Shown here: positions 37,918 through 48,271 of the stretch, piece by piece
Numbering within the stretch: position 1 is the first letter of the stretch
Layout: every line of letters begins with the position of its first letter
Assembly (NCBI GenBank): GCA_038245295.1
Contig: JBBRSP010000029.1
Span: 14,972-78,971, forward strand
Reading direction: 5' to 3'
DNA length: 64,000 bases
From: Candidatus Binatia bacterium
GTDB lineage: Bacteria; Desulfobacterota; Binatia; HRBIN30
Notes under the pieces: generated by a model
Databases searched by the model: none
What the model was told of the DNA's origin: nothing
The model's input: the letters and a program-made list of their open reading frames with translations, nothing else
Program-made: the position numbers and the translations under genes

Positions 37918-40900
37918 TCAACGGACAGCCAAGCAACTAGCGTAGACCGTCGGTGGATGATCCAACCCATCGTCGAGCGTTAGACTTCCGGAGGCGCCGT
38001 AGCTGACGGAGACCGTGGTCGCGGCCGTGGCAATGCCCAGGGTACCGGCTTCAAAACATGGCTTGTCGACGGCAAAGACGAGGGACGAAGAAGATTCGAT
38101 ACGTGCTTCGCCACCGAGCGATTCACTGACCGCCGTCCCGTCGAGCTGGATCGTCTTTGCCAGGCGATCCCATACGACGGTGAGATTGCGCAGCTCTGCC
38201 TGGACCTCCACTGCCGGGCTCGTAAACTCATCCCTTACTCGCACACGGCCGTTAAGGGTCACGCTCAGCGTCCCCGGATCGCAGGTTGGCATAAGCTGGA
38301 ATGCGGAAAGACTGACGTCGGATTGCAGCGAATCCGTCGTCACCTCGAGGCGGCCGCCGTCCGGCAGCACTATGCTGAAGGGCCCGTTCAGGATTGCGCT
38401 GACGCTGCGCAATCGGCACGGGCTTGGCCCGAAGCCGAACCGCGTAACGGTCAGATTTTGGCCGAGCAGCATCGTGAACGCGGGGCTCCCATCGCTGAAC
38501 TGAACGTCGGCGTTCATCGCCAAATTGAAGAGCACGTTCGACGGTAAGATCACGCTAGGACACAGCCCAACGGCGGTCAGGGTGGCCTTCCCTTGGAGTA
38601 AGGCCGTGCCCTCGGTGGCTGCTACCGTACAGGCGGCCATTTCGATCGGGATGCGGATGGCATCGGAGCTCGACTCGACACACTCGCTGGAGAAGTTGCC
38701 ACTGAGATCGCAGCGGTCCGACGAACCGGCGAAGGAGAAGACCGCGGCCACGATGGGCTCGAGGCCCGGCAGCGTCGCGATGGCTCGCACCAGGGTCTGC
38801 GCCGCGCCGGCAATACCCAGAGGACTCGGCGGACAGCCGAACGCGGCAACCTCGACCGCGACGACAATCTCATCGATTGTAATGCGTTGGTCGCCGTTCC
38901 GATCACCCGCCGTGCAGGCGGGAGCCGTGTCGGTGATCGCTGCGTTGACCAGGCCGACGAGCTCATCAATAGTGACGGTACCCGACATATCGCAGTCGCC
39001 AGGGCAGAGCGCCGCACTTGCGCGAGCCGACCCCAGTGACAGCAATGCAAGTCCAAGCAACCCCAGCCGGGCAGGAAGGCGTCGCGTCGCGACTCGCCGT
39101 GCCACCTTCACGCGGCCGGTCACGCGACGCCGATACAGTCGGCTCAAGAGAAGCAGGGTGAGCCCGAAGCTTAGGAATGGCGGCGCGGTATCGTCGACGT
39201 CGCCGATCGCGCACCCGGAAGTCGAGCCCGCCGCCACGGTGCGTGTCGAAGTCGATTCGCGACCTAGTGTTGGCGTTGGTGTCGGTGTTGGTGTCGCCGA
39301 AACCGCGATGGCTCCCTGGCAAGCATCACCCACGCCGTCTTGGTTGCTGTCGCGCTGGTCGATGTTGGCGACACTCGGGCAATTGTCGAAGGGATCGGTG
39401 ATCTCGTCGCCATCAAGGTCGGCCGCCGTAGCGACACTGATTACGCCATCGGCGGTTACGTTGGCGAAGACGGTATCGGCGGCAGCGAGAGGGCTGACCA
39501 GTCGTTGGATGGCGCGCGACTCATCGTTGCACGTCGCCGGAGCCTGACAGTCCGAATCGCTCCGGCAGACACCCTGGCGCTCAACGCACAAGCCACGTCC
39601 GGGAATATGCGTCGGCACACAGAAGGTGTTCGGACCGCACGGTTGATCAGCGAACTCCGGGTCGCAGCTGACCGTGGTGGGACGCAGACAGTAGCCGGGT
39701 GGGACGAAACATGTGGCGTCGAGGCGACCACAGTCAGCCGGGGACGAGCAGGCGCGGCCGTTGTCGCTACACACGCCGGCACTGACCGAGCCGATCGAGG
39801 TGACGGTTCCGTGGTCACCCGGCATTTGCGGGTGGAAGCGACTCGTCGTCATGGCTGCGCCGCGGCGTTGGTCGCGCGCGTTGTAGGTTTGTAAGACGAG
39901 ATCCTGACGATCGCCGTCGTCATTCAAGTCGGCATTTTGATCCGACTCGAGGGTCAGAAAGGTGACCGTGTTGTCGGTGACGCGGTATGGTTGGCGTGGA
40001 TCGCAAGCCTCGAGGCGGCAGGGAATCGCCGCCTGACCGGTGTTGGTGAGATGCTGTGACTCCAGATCATACACTTCCATCACCGCATCATTCGTGTCGC
40101 CGTCGCCGTTCAGGTCGGCCTTACCGTCCCCCGCTTCGATCGTCCGGAACGCAAGCAGCTTCGACGAGAGAACGAAGTCGTCGGTGGTCGCGTCAATGGC
40201 GATGAGGCGGGAGGCTTCCGCGTCGTAAAGTTCGATGAAGTGCGCGACGTGCAAGTCGTGGAGGTCGGCACCCTCGGTGTGGCGGAATGCGTTGCGCAGA
40301 AAGGCAATCCAACGCCCGTTGGCGGCGAGTTGGCTCGCGGAGCGCTGGAGGTTGGTCCAGTGCGTGGGCTGGCTCAGCGGTGCGACATGGACGACAAGGT
40401 CGTCCGTGTTGCCGTTCTCGTCGAGATCCTGCTTTCCCTGTGCGGCCTCGGAGACCAAGGCGGCGATCCACCCATCCGTTAGTACGACGCTGGTGGCAGC
40501 CATGCCGAGATTGACGGGCGGCGCCGAGCTGGCGAGGTCGACCAAATGCACGACCTGATCCAGGCTGTCGCCATCGCCGTTCAGGTCGATTCCGTCTTCG
40601 GGGACCAGCAGGGCGGCGATCGTTCCGTGGATCGCTACGATGGTCGCCGAGCCAAATCCGCGCGGCGGTGTCTGGGGATTATGAGTGTCGAAGACGCGGA
40701 GCACGGTGTCGTTCAGATCGCCATCGCCGTTGAGATCGCCTTGGAGGGCAAGCGGATCGGGTTCTGAGACGAATACCTGGGAGCAGGGAACCCCACTCGT
40801 CCCGTCGCAGCCCGATGCCAGATTGGTCAGGTTCGTGGCGTCGCTCTCAAACGCAACGGTCTGGCCATTGCCGCTGATCGACGCATGACGCGAGGCGCCG

Positions 40901-43788
40901 TTCGGGTCACTCTCGTTCGGCGCCAGGCTGACACGCCGCGTGTACCCAGTAACTCGATCGTGCACGAACACGTCGGGGCAGTTTTCCGCCGCCACACCAT
41001 CGAGATCGTTGTCACACAGATTGTTCGAATCGCCGGGCACCAGATTGGAAGCGCGGCTGGTGAACGCCACAAAGCGTCCGTCGTCGGATATTGACATGAA
41101 CTGGTCGGTGGAAGCGCCATCGGCCTGGGCACCTTCCGAACTCACGCTGACCCGGCTGGTCGTACCGGCCGTGCGATCGCGTAAGAAAACGTCGAGTACG
41201 CCGTTGGTATCCCCGGGTACGAGATTGGTTGCGGCACTGACGAAGGCGAGGTAACGGCCATCGGCTGACAGCGCCGGACTGAACGAGTGGTTGTTCCCCT
41301 GCTCCATGGTGGAGCTGACGCTGGCCAGTTCGAGGATGTCGTGGTCGCGGACGGTGACGTCGGCGCAACTTGTCGACGTCGTGCCGAGGTTGAGGCAGAA
41401 ACTATTGTTGTCATGCGACGCGAAATTCTTATCGAGGGTGCTGATGGCGAAGACGCGTGAGGTCGCGTCCATGGCCGGAGGCTGGGCTATTGCCGGTGCC
41501 TCGATCGGCCCGTCGCCGACGTTCTTGGTCAAGAGGGTGATCCGCGGGCGGATGTCGAGGCCGTCGCCGAACGGGTCCCTCAGCGTCAGCCAGCCCCGCA
41601 GTTCCGTGCCGATGAGCAGATTGAGATCCACGAGGTCATTTGATCGCGACAGATAGGCGACGGCCGAGCCATCGGCGGACATGCTGGGAAAGGAAGAGTT
41701 CGCGCCGCCCAGGTGGCCCGCATGCTCGAGGAACATAGAGCGGCTCATAGCGGCGGAGCGCACGGTCCCGGGCTCGTCGAAAATCCCGTTGCCGTCGCTG
41801 TCGCGGTCGATGGCGAAAACCTGGGTGACCCCAGCGATGTCGGTGACCGTCACGGCGACGTGCCGGCCGGTGGTCGAGAGCGATGGCTGAGACGACAAGG
41901 TTCCGGAGGGGACATCCGCGTCACTGACGGTCAAAGCCACGGTGCGGCCATCCGCCAGGGCACGCACGAAGGAGCGCGCACCCGTCTCGCTGGTCTGGGT
42001 CGGTACAAGGTTGTTGGCGCGGCTTTCGAAAGCAACCTGGCGGCCGTCCTTGGACAGCCAGGGTCGCTGCGATGCGCCATCGGCAGGCGTCCCATCGGAC
42101 GCCATGCTTGCCTGACGCACGACATGGCGGACATCGGCTCCCTCGGCGGTGCGAAAGTAGAGGAGACCATGCTGCAGCACGAGGCTGCGTCCGTTCAGCA
42201 CCGGCGCCGCGTCGACGCCGAGGGCCTGTCCGGCGGTCAGCTCGACGGCTGCTGTGTCCGTGAGCTGAAAGACGCGCAAGATCGTGTCGAAGGAATCACC
42301 GTCGTGGTTGGCGTCTTCGTGTCCCTGATGCGGCTCGGCTTCGAGAAAGGCGACGATGTCGTTCTCGGCGACCACGGCTGGGAAACTGAAGGGCTCTTCG
42401 TGAATGCGCGCCGCGGCGCGTCCGGGCGCCGCGGTTCCCAACGGCTGCTGCACACCGGTGTGACGGTTAGCGAGCAGAACCACGTCGTCGAGGGAATCGC
42501 CGTCGCCGTTGAGGTCCTTGCCTTCGATGGATTCGGGCACCACCGTGATGAAAAGATCACGCGCCTCGATGAGCGCATCGAGAGGCACCGGATCACCGGC
42601 CTCCAGGCGATAACCAACACAACGCGAGGCGGGACAGCCGGCGTCCGTGTCGCAGCGGCTGCCGTTGTTCTGGCAGGCGCCGGCGCCGAAGCGCGGGATG
42701 AGGACCGGCCCGACGTTGTTGTGAAAGCGTGAGGTGAAATCAAAAATGGGATCGCCGCAACTACCTTCGGCGCATGGCTGGCGCCGCGCGATGCGCAGTA
42801 CCGTCTCTTCGGCGTCTGCCGAACCGAAGAGGCTCAGTTCGTTCGGTGCGTCCGGGTTGGCGCGCGGCTCGAAGATCGGCGGGAGACTTCCGCCTTCGGG
42901 GGCATACGAATGCAGGAAGCTCAGGTCGGGAATACGGATAGGCTCGGCGCTGTTCGGGAATGCCGGAAAGGCGCTGCTACCGCGCAGCAGGCGCGCGATC
43001 GGGATGCGGTCGCCCAGCAGGATGCCACGCCAGTCCATCGGCAGCAGAAGGTTGCCGTCGCGGTCCGTCGTGAAGCGAATCTCCGTCGCCCGTCCGGTGC
43101 AAGGCGGATTCGGTATGGCGCAAAGGTCCTGATAGCTGTTGGGAGGTGGCAGGGCCGTGAAAGAGGTAAACTGGGGGTGCGGAGTGTCTCCGCAGGTACC
43201 GTCGATGGCGTAAAGTTCATCGACGCACGCGGCGACCGTGGTCATCCCACGGCAACTCGTTGTGGCCAGAGAACAGGGCAGCGGCTCGCCTTGAGCGGTG
43301 ACGGCAATCGCCGCGGGGCCGGCGAGGGTACGATCGTCATCGGTCGCGTCCAACAATCTGTCGGTATCGGGGAAGGGGAACCGCAGTCGCCCGGCCTCGA
43401 GAGTCGCCACCGGCGCGCTGACACAGGTGGGATGGATCCCAGCAGTTGTCTCGCAGGCGTTCAGCTCAGCAGTGATGGCGCCGCAGTCTGGCGTCAGGAC
43501 GACGAGGTTTGGCGGCCCCGCGGGTGGCTTGAAGGCGACGGTGACGACGGCCGCCGCCGGAAAGGCGCGTCCGACGTCACAGGTTGGGCTGAGCCGCATG
43601 TCGATCGGTTCGCCGGGGCTCGCGAAGGGACGGTTGATGATGCCGCGCGCCGCACGGAACGAGTTGGTAACGCCGGGAATCTGATTGCAACTGGCGGCCG
43701 CCACGTGGGCCAGAACCAGGCCCAGCGCCACCGCTGTCGCGATCCGGATTGTTCGACTCAAAACTTCTAACTGCAAAACCCGCTTCAC
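37918..43788 (-). CDS. Giant secreted protein: Ca-binding propeller repeats, TolB/PD40-like propeller, TSP3-like repeat, internal sorting signal, dockerin-like module (possible two-gene fusion)
   Basis: Signal peptide; seven D-x-N-x-D-G-D-type repeats; SADGRYLAFVSAATNLVPGDTN; DNCPSVANIDQRDSNQDGVGDAC; TPTPTPT linker; GC-TM-RRR; second signal-like segment; CPGDCD...VTIDELV. Confidence 0.8.
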   Translation of the reverse strand: MKRVLQLEVLSRTIRIATAVALGLVLAHVAAASCNQIPGVTNSFRAARGIINRPFASPGEPIDMRLSPTCDVGRAFPAAAVVTVAFKPPAGPPNLVVLTPDCGAITAELNACETTAGIHPTCVSAPVATLEAGRLRFPFPDTDRLLDATDDDRTLAGPAAIAVTAQGEPLPCSLATTSCRGMTTVAACVDELYAIDGTCGDTPHPQFTSFTALPPPNSYQDLCAIPNPPCTGRATEIRFTTDRDGNLLLPMDWRGILLGDRIPIARLLRGSSAFPAFPNSAEPIRIPDLSFLHSYAPEGGSLPPIFEPRANPDAPNELSLFGSADAEETVLRIARRQPCAEGSCGDPIFDFTSRFHNNVGPVLIPRFGAGACQNNGSRCDTDAGCPASRCVGYRLEAGDPVPLDALIEARDLFITVVPESIEGKDLNGDGDSLDDVVLLANRHTGVQQPLGTAAPGRAAARIHEEPFSFPAVVAENDIVAFLEAEPHQGHEDANHDGDSFDTILRVFQLTDTAAVELTAGQALGVDAAPVLNGRSLVLQHGLLYFRTAEGADVRHVVRQASMASDGTPADGASQRPWLSKDGRQVAFESRANNLVPTQTSETGARSFVRALADGRTVALTVSDADVPSGTLSSQPSLSTTGRHVAVTVTDIAGVTQVFAIDRDSDGNGIFDEPGTVRSAAMSRSMFLEHAGHLGGANSSFPSMSADGSAVAYLSRSNDLVDLNLLIGTELRGWLTLRDPFGDGLDIRPRITLLTKNVGDGPIEAPAIAQPPAMDATSRVFAISTLDKNFASHDNNSFCLNLGTTSTSCADVTVRDHDILELASVSSTMEQGNNHSFSPALSADGRYLAFVSAATNLVPGDTNGVLDVFLRDRTAGTTSRVSVSSEGAQADGASTDQFMSISDDGRFVAFTSRASNLVPGDSNNLCDNDLDGVAAENCPDVFVHDRVTGYTRRVSLAPNESDPNGASRHASISGNGQTVAFESDATNLTNLASGCDGTSGVPCSQVFVSEPDPLALQGDLNGDGDLNDTVLRVFDTHNPQTPPRGFGSATIVAIHGTIAALLVPEDGIDLNGDGDSLDQVVHLVDLASSAPPVNLGMAATSVVLTDGWIAALVSEAAQGKQDLDENGNTDDLVVHVAPLSQPTHWTNLQRSASQLAANGRWIAFLRNAFRHTEGADLHDLHVAHFIELYDAEASRLIAIDATTDDFVLSSKLLAFRTIEAGDGKADLNGDGDTNDAVMEVYDLESQHLTNTGQAAIPCRLEACDPRQPYRVTDNTVTFLTLESDQNADLNDDGDRQDLVLQTYNARDQRRGAAMTTSRFHPQMPGDHGTVTSIGSVSAGVCSDNGRACSSPADCGRLDATCFVPPGYCLRPTTVSCDPEFADQPCGPNTFCVPTHIPGRGLCVERQGVCRSDSDCQAPATCNDESRAIQRLVSPLAAADTVFANVTADGVISVATAADLDGDEITDPFDNCPSVANIDQRDSNQDGVGDACQGAIAVSATPTPTPTPTLGRESTSTRTVAAGSTSGCAIGDVDDTAPPFLSFGLTLLLLSRLYRRRVTGRVKVARRVATRRLPARLGLLGLALLSLGSARASAALCPGDCDMSGTVTIDELVGLVNAAITDTAPACTAGDRNGDQRITIDEIVVAVEVAAFGCPPSPLGIAGAAQTLVRAIATLPGLEPIVAAVFSFAGSSDRCDLSGNFSSECVESSSDAIRIPIEMAACTVAATEGTALLQGKATLTAVGLCPSVILPSNVLFNLAMNADVQFSDGSPAFTMLLGQNLTVTRFGFGPSPCRLRSVSAILNGPFSIVLPDGGRLEVTTDSLQSDVSLSAFQLMPTCDPGTLSVTLNGRVRVRDEFTSPAVEVQAELRNLTVVWDRLAKTIQLDGTAVSESLGGEARIESSSSLVFAVDKPCFEAGTLGIATAATTVSVSYGASGSLTLDDGLDHPPTVYASCLAVR

Positions 43789-43912
43789 CCCACTGTTGCC
43801 GGTGTCTCATCTCATACAATTGGGCCGACCGCTATACCGCAGACGGGTTAGGCGGCGGTTGGCCTCGCGGGGCTTTGCACATCAACTCGCGTCGGAGCAT
43901 GCCGCAGGCTGA

Positions 43913-44083
43913 GGGGGTGTCTCACAACTTAGGCTCACCCTTCGTCTTTCGACAAGCTCAGGATGAGCGGAGATCAGGGCGAGCGGAAAAATGTCTTTGC
44001 AAATCAACCAAGCACGCGCTCATGGTGAGCTCGTCGAACCATGAGCCTGTCGAAGCCGGCTCAGCAGGTCTTGAGGCGCCCTC
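43913..44083. mobile_element. 171-bp MITE carrying a TTCGAC(A/G)AGCTCA-type REP pair
   Basis: TIRs GGGGGTGTCTCA / GAGGGCGCCTCA (9/12) flanked by TGA direct repeats (43910-12, 44084-86). Internal inverted REPs at 43948-43969 and 44017-44038. Confidence 0.6.
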
Positions 44084-44126
44084 TGAAAGCGCGCCGTCTG
44101 CCGGGCATCCCGTGCGGGCCGGTGGA

Positions 44127-44163
44127 ACCGATCGGCTGGCGCCGTTGCGGTCAGCCGATCGGT
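44127..44163 (-). terminator. Hairpin spanning the amidase stop
   Basis: Perfect 12-bp inverted repeat ACCGATCGGCTG / CAGCCGATCGGT. Confidence 0.45.
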
Positions 44164-45548
44164 GGCCGCCGCTTATGCCACGGCGTCGCCACCTCATACG
44201 CACTGCCAATTTGGCAAAGCATCGCCTCGCCGAACTGCGGCCCAACCAGCTGCAGGCCGTGCGGCACACCTGTGGGTGTGAAGCCGGACGGCACCGACAG
44301 CGTCGGGTTGCCGCTCAGGTTGAACGGCGCGGTGAAGCGGCCAAAGGTGTTGAAGTCGGGATCATAGTCCCCGTAGATGTCGACAACCTCGGCCGGCGGC
44401 GCAGTCAGGAAGGCGCCGACACACAACAACGCGTCGGCCTGCTCGAACACGGATTGGAACGACTCGCGAAAATTGAGCCGCGCTAGATGGGCCTTGGCGT
44501 AGTCCTTGGCGCTAAGTTGCGCGGCGTATTTGAGAAAGCTTGCGAAGGTCGGCCCGTAGTCGGCGGCGCGTGATGGATAGGTTGCCTCATGCGCCGCCAG
44601 GGCTTCGGCGGCGCACAACACCGCCCATGCCGGCAGGACGTCATCGATGGGCGGCAGGGTTACGGCGACGATCTGTGCGCCCTGGGCCTTGAAGACCTCG
44701 ATCGCGGCGTAGATCGCCGCCGTGACGTCGGCGAGGGCACCGCCGCCAACGTATTGCTCGTCGAAGCCGATGCGCACACCCTTCAGGGAGCGCCCAATCG
44801 CTGCGGAACATTCCGGCGAACCGGCTCGCACCGTCGTGGGATCGGCCGGATCATGTCCGGCGAGTACGTCGAGCATGGCTGCGGCATCAGCGACGCTGCG
44901 AGTCATCGGGCCGATGTGATCGAGCGACATTCCGAGCGGAAACACGCCGTAACGGCTGACGCGCCCATACGTTGGCTTCAAGCCAACGACGCCACACCAA
45001 CTCGACGGAAACCGGATCGATCCGCCCGTGTCGGTGCCCAGCGAACCGAAGCACAGGCCCGCCGCGGTAGCGACGCCCGAGCCGCTCGACGACAAGCCCG
45101 GATGGAGTGCCGGATTCCACGGATTCCGCGGCACCGGCCATCCCGGACTGTAGCCGCTCAGCGCGAACTCGGTCATGTTGAGCTTGCCCAACGTCACGGC
45201 GCCTGCCGCGTGTAAACGCGTCACGACGGTGGCATCGATGTCGGGCCGCCAGCCCGCCAGTATCTTTGACGAACACGTTGTCGGGATGCCCTTGGTAAAG
45301 CACAGATCCTTGATACCGATCGGTACGCCTTGCAGCGGTCCACGATCGATGCCGCGAGCCAACTCCGCGTCCGCGGTGGCGGCCTGCGCCAGCGCCTGCT
45401 CCGGAAGGACGGTCAGGTAGCTGTTCAACTGCGGATCGAGGCGCTTGATCCGGTCTAGCATCGTGTGTGTGAGCTCGACCGACGAGATCTCGCGGCGGCG
45501 CAGCGACGCCGCCACGTCGGTTATTGTTGCGAACCAGATGTTATCCAA
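44151..45548 (-). CDS. Amidase-signature family protein
   Basis: GPLQGVPIGIKD, GKLNMTEFA, PGLSSSGSG, GTDTGGSIRFP, GLKPTYGRVS; TTG start after GGAGG. Confidence 0.93.
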   Translation of the reverse strand: MDNIWFATITDVAASLRRREISSVELTHTMLDRIKRLDPQLNSYLTVLPEQALAQAATADAELARGIDRGPLQGVPIGIKDLCFTKGIPTTCSSKILAGWRPDIDATVVTRLHAAGAVTLGKLNMTEFALSGYSPGWPVPRNPWNPALHPGLSSSGSGVATAAGLCFGSLGTDTGGSIRFPSSWCGVVGLKPTYGRVSRYGVFPLGMSLDHIGPMTRSVADAAAMLDVLAGHDPADPTTVRAGSPECSAAIGRSLKGVRIGFDEQYVGGGALADVTAAIYAAIEVFKAQGAQIVAVTLPPIDDVLPAWAVLCAAEALAAHEATYPSRAADYGPTFASFLKYAAQLSAKDYAKAHLARLNFRESFQSVFEQADALLCVGAFLTAPPAEVVDIYGDYDPDFNTFGRFTAPFNLSGNPTLSVPSGFTPTGVPHGLQLVGPQFGEAMLCQIGSAYEVATPWHKRRPPIG

Positions 45549-45607
45549 AGAAGACCTCCGATGGGGCCGATGCGACGCACGCGGCCGACCAGGCAATCGC
45601 CAACCGC

Positions 45608-46846
45608 CTAGGCCACCCTGACAGGCAACTTGCCAAGCACCCTGAACAACGATGCTCCCCACTCGATGTCTGTCGTCGTTCGTTCAATCTTCTTGAAACG
45701 CTGCACCAGGCTACCGATCGCTACCTGGGTTTCCATTCGTGCCAGGTGGGCGCCGAGGCAGAAGTGCACGCCGCCGCCGAAGGCCATGTGGTCGCTGTCG
45801 TGGCGCGCGATGTCGAAACGCTCAGGGTTGGGAAAGTGAGCGGGATCGTGATTGGCGGCGGCGAGCAGACACATCACCGGCGTGTTTGCTGGAATGGTTT
45901 TGTCGCCGAAGCGTGTCGCTTCGCGGGTGATCCGCACCGTCAGGACGATGGGACCGTCGTAGCGCAGGCATTCCTCTACGGCGCTGTCGATCAGCTGCGG
46001 CTGGGCCCTCAGCTTGGTCAGTTGTTCGGGGTGTTTCATCAACGCCAGTACCCCGTTGCCGATCAAGCCGATCGTCGTTTCGAAGCCGGCGATAAGCAGG
46101 CCGACGGATTGCCCAATGAGCTCCACCTCGCTCAGGCGATCGCCGGCTTCTTCGGCGCGGATGAGGTCGCTGAGAATGTCGTCGCCCAGGTTCTTGCGGC
46201 GCTCGGCGATGAGGTCGGTGAAGTAGTTGGCCAAACTCATGGCACCGACCACCGCGCGTTCAAGCACTTCGGGTGGTTGAAACATGGCGGCAAGCGCGTG
46301 GGTGGCGGCAGCCGTCCATCCTGTGAAACTCGCGCGATCCGCGAGTGGTACACCCATCATCTCGCAGATCACCGTCGAGGGAACCGGCAGTGCCAGATCG
46401 GCAATGATGTCCATCTCGCCACGCTCGGCGGCGCCGTCGAGCAGCTCGTCGACGAGCCCCTGGACGCGCTGCCGCAGCTGCTCGATCGCTCTCGGGCGGA
46501 AGGCCTGGCTCATCAGTTTGCGCAGGCGCGTGTGGTCGGGAGGATCGACGCGCAGGATGAATTGACCAGGCCCGACACCGGCCCCGATGCCGACGCTGCC
46601 GAACGCGGTACCATCTTCAAAGCGCACGCCGGAGGGCACTTCCTTGAGCATGCGGAGCACGTCGTCGTAGCGCGTCAGACGCCACACCCCGAGCGGCGTC
46701 TGGTTGACCGGATCGAACTCGCGTAGGCGCTTCAAGACAGAATACGGATCGCGGCGGAATTCCGGGCTCAGCGGATTGGCGCCAAGCCAGGGATCACTCT
46801 TCCAATAATCCGGCGTCGTCGCCACGTCGCTACCTTGCGTGTCCAT
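45608..46846 (-). CDS. Cytochrome P450
   Basis: DPPDHTRLR, AGFETT, EECLR, FGGGVHFCLG. Confidence 0.95.
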   Translation of the reverse strand: MDTQGSDVATTPDYWKSDPWLGANPLSPEFRRDPYSVLKRLREFDPVNQTPLGVWRLTRYDDVLRMLKEVPSGVRFEDGTAFGSVGIGAGVGPGQFILRVDPPDHTRLRKLMSQAFRPRAIEQLRQRVQGLVDELLDGAAERGEMDIIADLALPVPSTVICEMMGVPLADRASFTGWTAAATHALAAMFQPPEVLERAVVGAMSLANYFTDLIAERRKNLGDDILSDLIRAEEAGDRLSEVELIGQSVGLLIAGFETTIGLIGNGVLALMKHPEQLTKLRAQPQLIDSAVEECLRYDGPIVLTVRITREATRFGDKTIPANTPVMCLLAAANHDPAHFPNPERFDIARHDSDHMAFGGGVHFCLGAHLARMETQVAIGSLVQRFKKIERTTTDIEWGASLFRVLGKLPVRVA

Positions 46847-46935
46847 TCAGACCTCCCGTGTCGATGCGTCTACCACAAGCGCTTCGTGGCGCGAGCGGAG
46901 TAACCAGTTCTCCACAACACGCACGCCTGCGATGC

Positions 46936-48159
46936 TCAACGACTTCGGACCTCGCCGGCGGTGACCCGCCAGGCAACAAAGAATGACGTTGCCAGCAGAG
47001 CCGCGGCGACAAAAAACGGCGAGCCGGGAAGTTGGATGGCACTTGCCGGATCGATGAAGTGGGCAAATGTCAGGGTGAACAGCCCAGGGCCGATCATGCC
47101 GGCAACGCCGCGCAAGCTGCTAAGGGCGCCTTGGAGTCGACCATGTTCACTGGCGCCGACACGGCGGGTCATCAGCCCCTGTGCGGCTGGCCCGGCCATA
47201 CTCCACAAGCCGACCATCGGAATGCCGAGGAACACCATCCAGCCGACATAAGCGAACGCGTAGGTAGCAAAGCCGGCGGCGCCGAAGAGCAGCGCGGTTA
47301 GAAGAGCGACACGTTCGCCGACACGCCCGACGATGGGCCGGATCAGCCCGCCGGACACGATCATGCTCGACGTGCCTACGGCTGCCATCATCAGGCCGAC
47401 CATGCGGGTGTCCCAGCCATAGCGGTACGACGCATAGAGCACGAACATGCTCGGCAGAGATTCGTGCGCGATGTATCCGAAGAACAACACGAACGCCAAG
47501 CCGAGCACCTGGCGGTTGGAGCGCAGGAGTGTCAGTGAGCCGAACGCGTTGGCGCGGCGCCACTGAAAGGGCGCGCGGTTCTCAGGCTTCAGCGATTCTG
47601 GCAGTACGAACGTGCCATACATGGCATTGGCGAGACTCAGCCCGCCGGCTACCCAGAACGGCACACGCGGTCCCCAGGCTCCGAGGATGCCACCGACGGC
47701 GGGCCCGAGAATGAATCCGATGCCGAAGGCGGCACCGAGCATGCCGAACCTGGCGGCGCGATCTTGGGGCGGGGTGACGTCGGCAATATACGCGCCGGCC
47801 GTCGCGAACGTTGCTGCGGTGATTCCGGAAACGACTCGACCGACAAACAGCCACGCCAGCGTCGGCGCGTTGGCCATCAAGAGATAATCGAGACCGAGGC
47901 CGAAGTTCGACAACAACACGACCGGTCGTCTTCCAAAACGATCCGAAAGGGACCCGAGGACCGGCGAGAAGATGAACTGCATCAGCGCCCAGGCTGTGCC
48001 GAAGACGCCCAACGTCTCGGCGGCGCGCGCCGTGTTGCCGTCGACAAACGTCTCGACGAGCTTTGGCAACACCGGGACGATCATCCCAAGCGCCAACATG
48101 TCGAGTACGACCGTGATGAAGATGAAGATGAAGGCGGCGCGTCGTGGGGATTCTGCCAT
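46936..48159 (-). CDS. TCR/Tet-family MFS efflux transporter
   Basis: [33 protein letters not shown]; start ATG 48159 or 48177. Confidence 0.9.
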   Translation of the reverse strand: MAESPRRAAFIFIFITVVLDMLALGMIVPVLPKLVETFVDGNTARAAETLGVFGTAWALMQFIFSPVLGSLSDRFGRRPVVLLSNFGLGLDYLLMANAPTLAWLFVGRVVSGITAATFATAGAYIADVTPPQDRAARFGMLGAAFGIGFILGPAVGGILGAWGPRVPFWVAGGLSLANAMYGTFVLPESLKPENRAPFQWRRANAFGSLTLLRSNRQVLGLAFVLFFGYIAHESLPSMFVLYASYRYGWDTRMVGLMMAAVGTSSMIVSGGLIRPIVGRVGERVALLTALLFGAAGFATYAFAYVGWMVFLGIPMVGLWSMAGPAAQGLMTRRVGASEHGRLQGALSSLRGVAGMIGPGLFTLTFAHFIDPASAIQLPGSPFFVAAALLATSFFVAWRVTAGEVRSR

Positions 48160-48271
48160 GGTGCGATGCGCGGTCATACGTCAGCCGCGCCCGTGGCTCA
48201 AGGCACCGTATGAGAGCGCGCACCTTGGCGTTGTCGCGGCAGCGAGTTATCGCCCCGCCATCGGAGGATCG

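Noticed and set aside
39268..39300. GGTGTC/GGTGTT short tandem repeat (similar at 59800-60000)
   Set aside because: Encodes Pro/Thr linkers; not a CRISPR or contingency repeat.
43749..44486. 245-aa + strand ORF
   Set aside because: Read-through of MITE/REP DNA and antisense to the amidase.
46936..48159. Tetracycline resistance gene call
   Set aside because: Family motifs only; no tetR or mobile context, so substrate is unknown.
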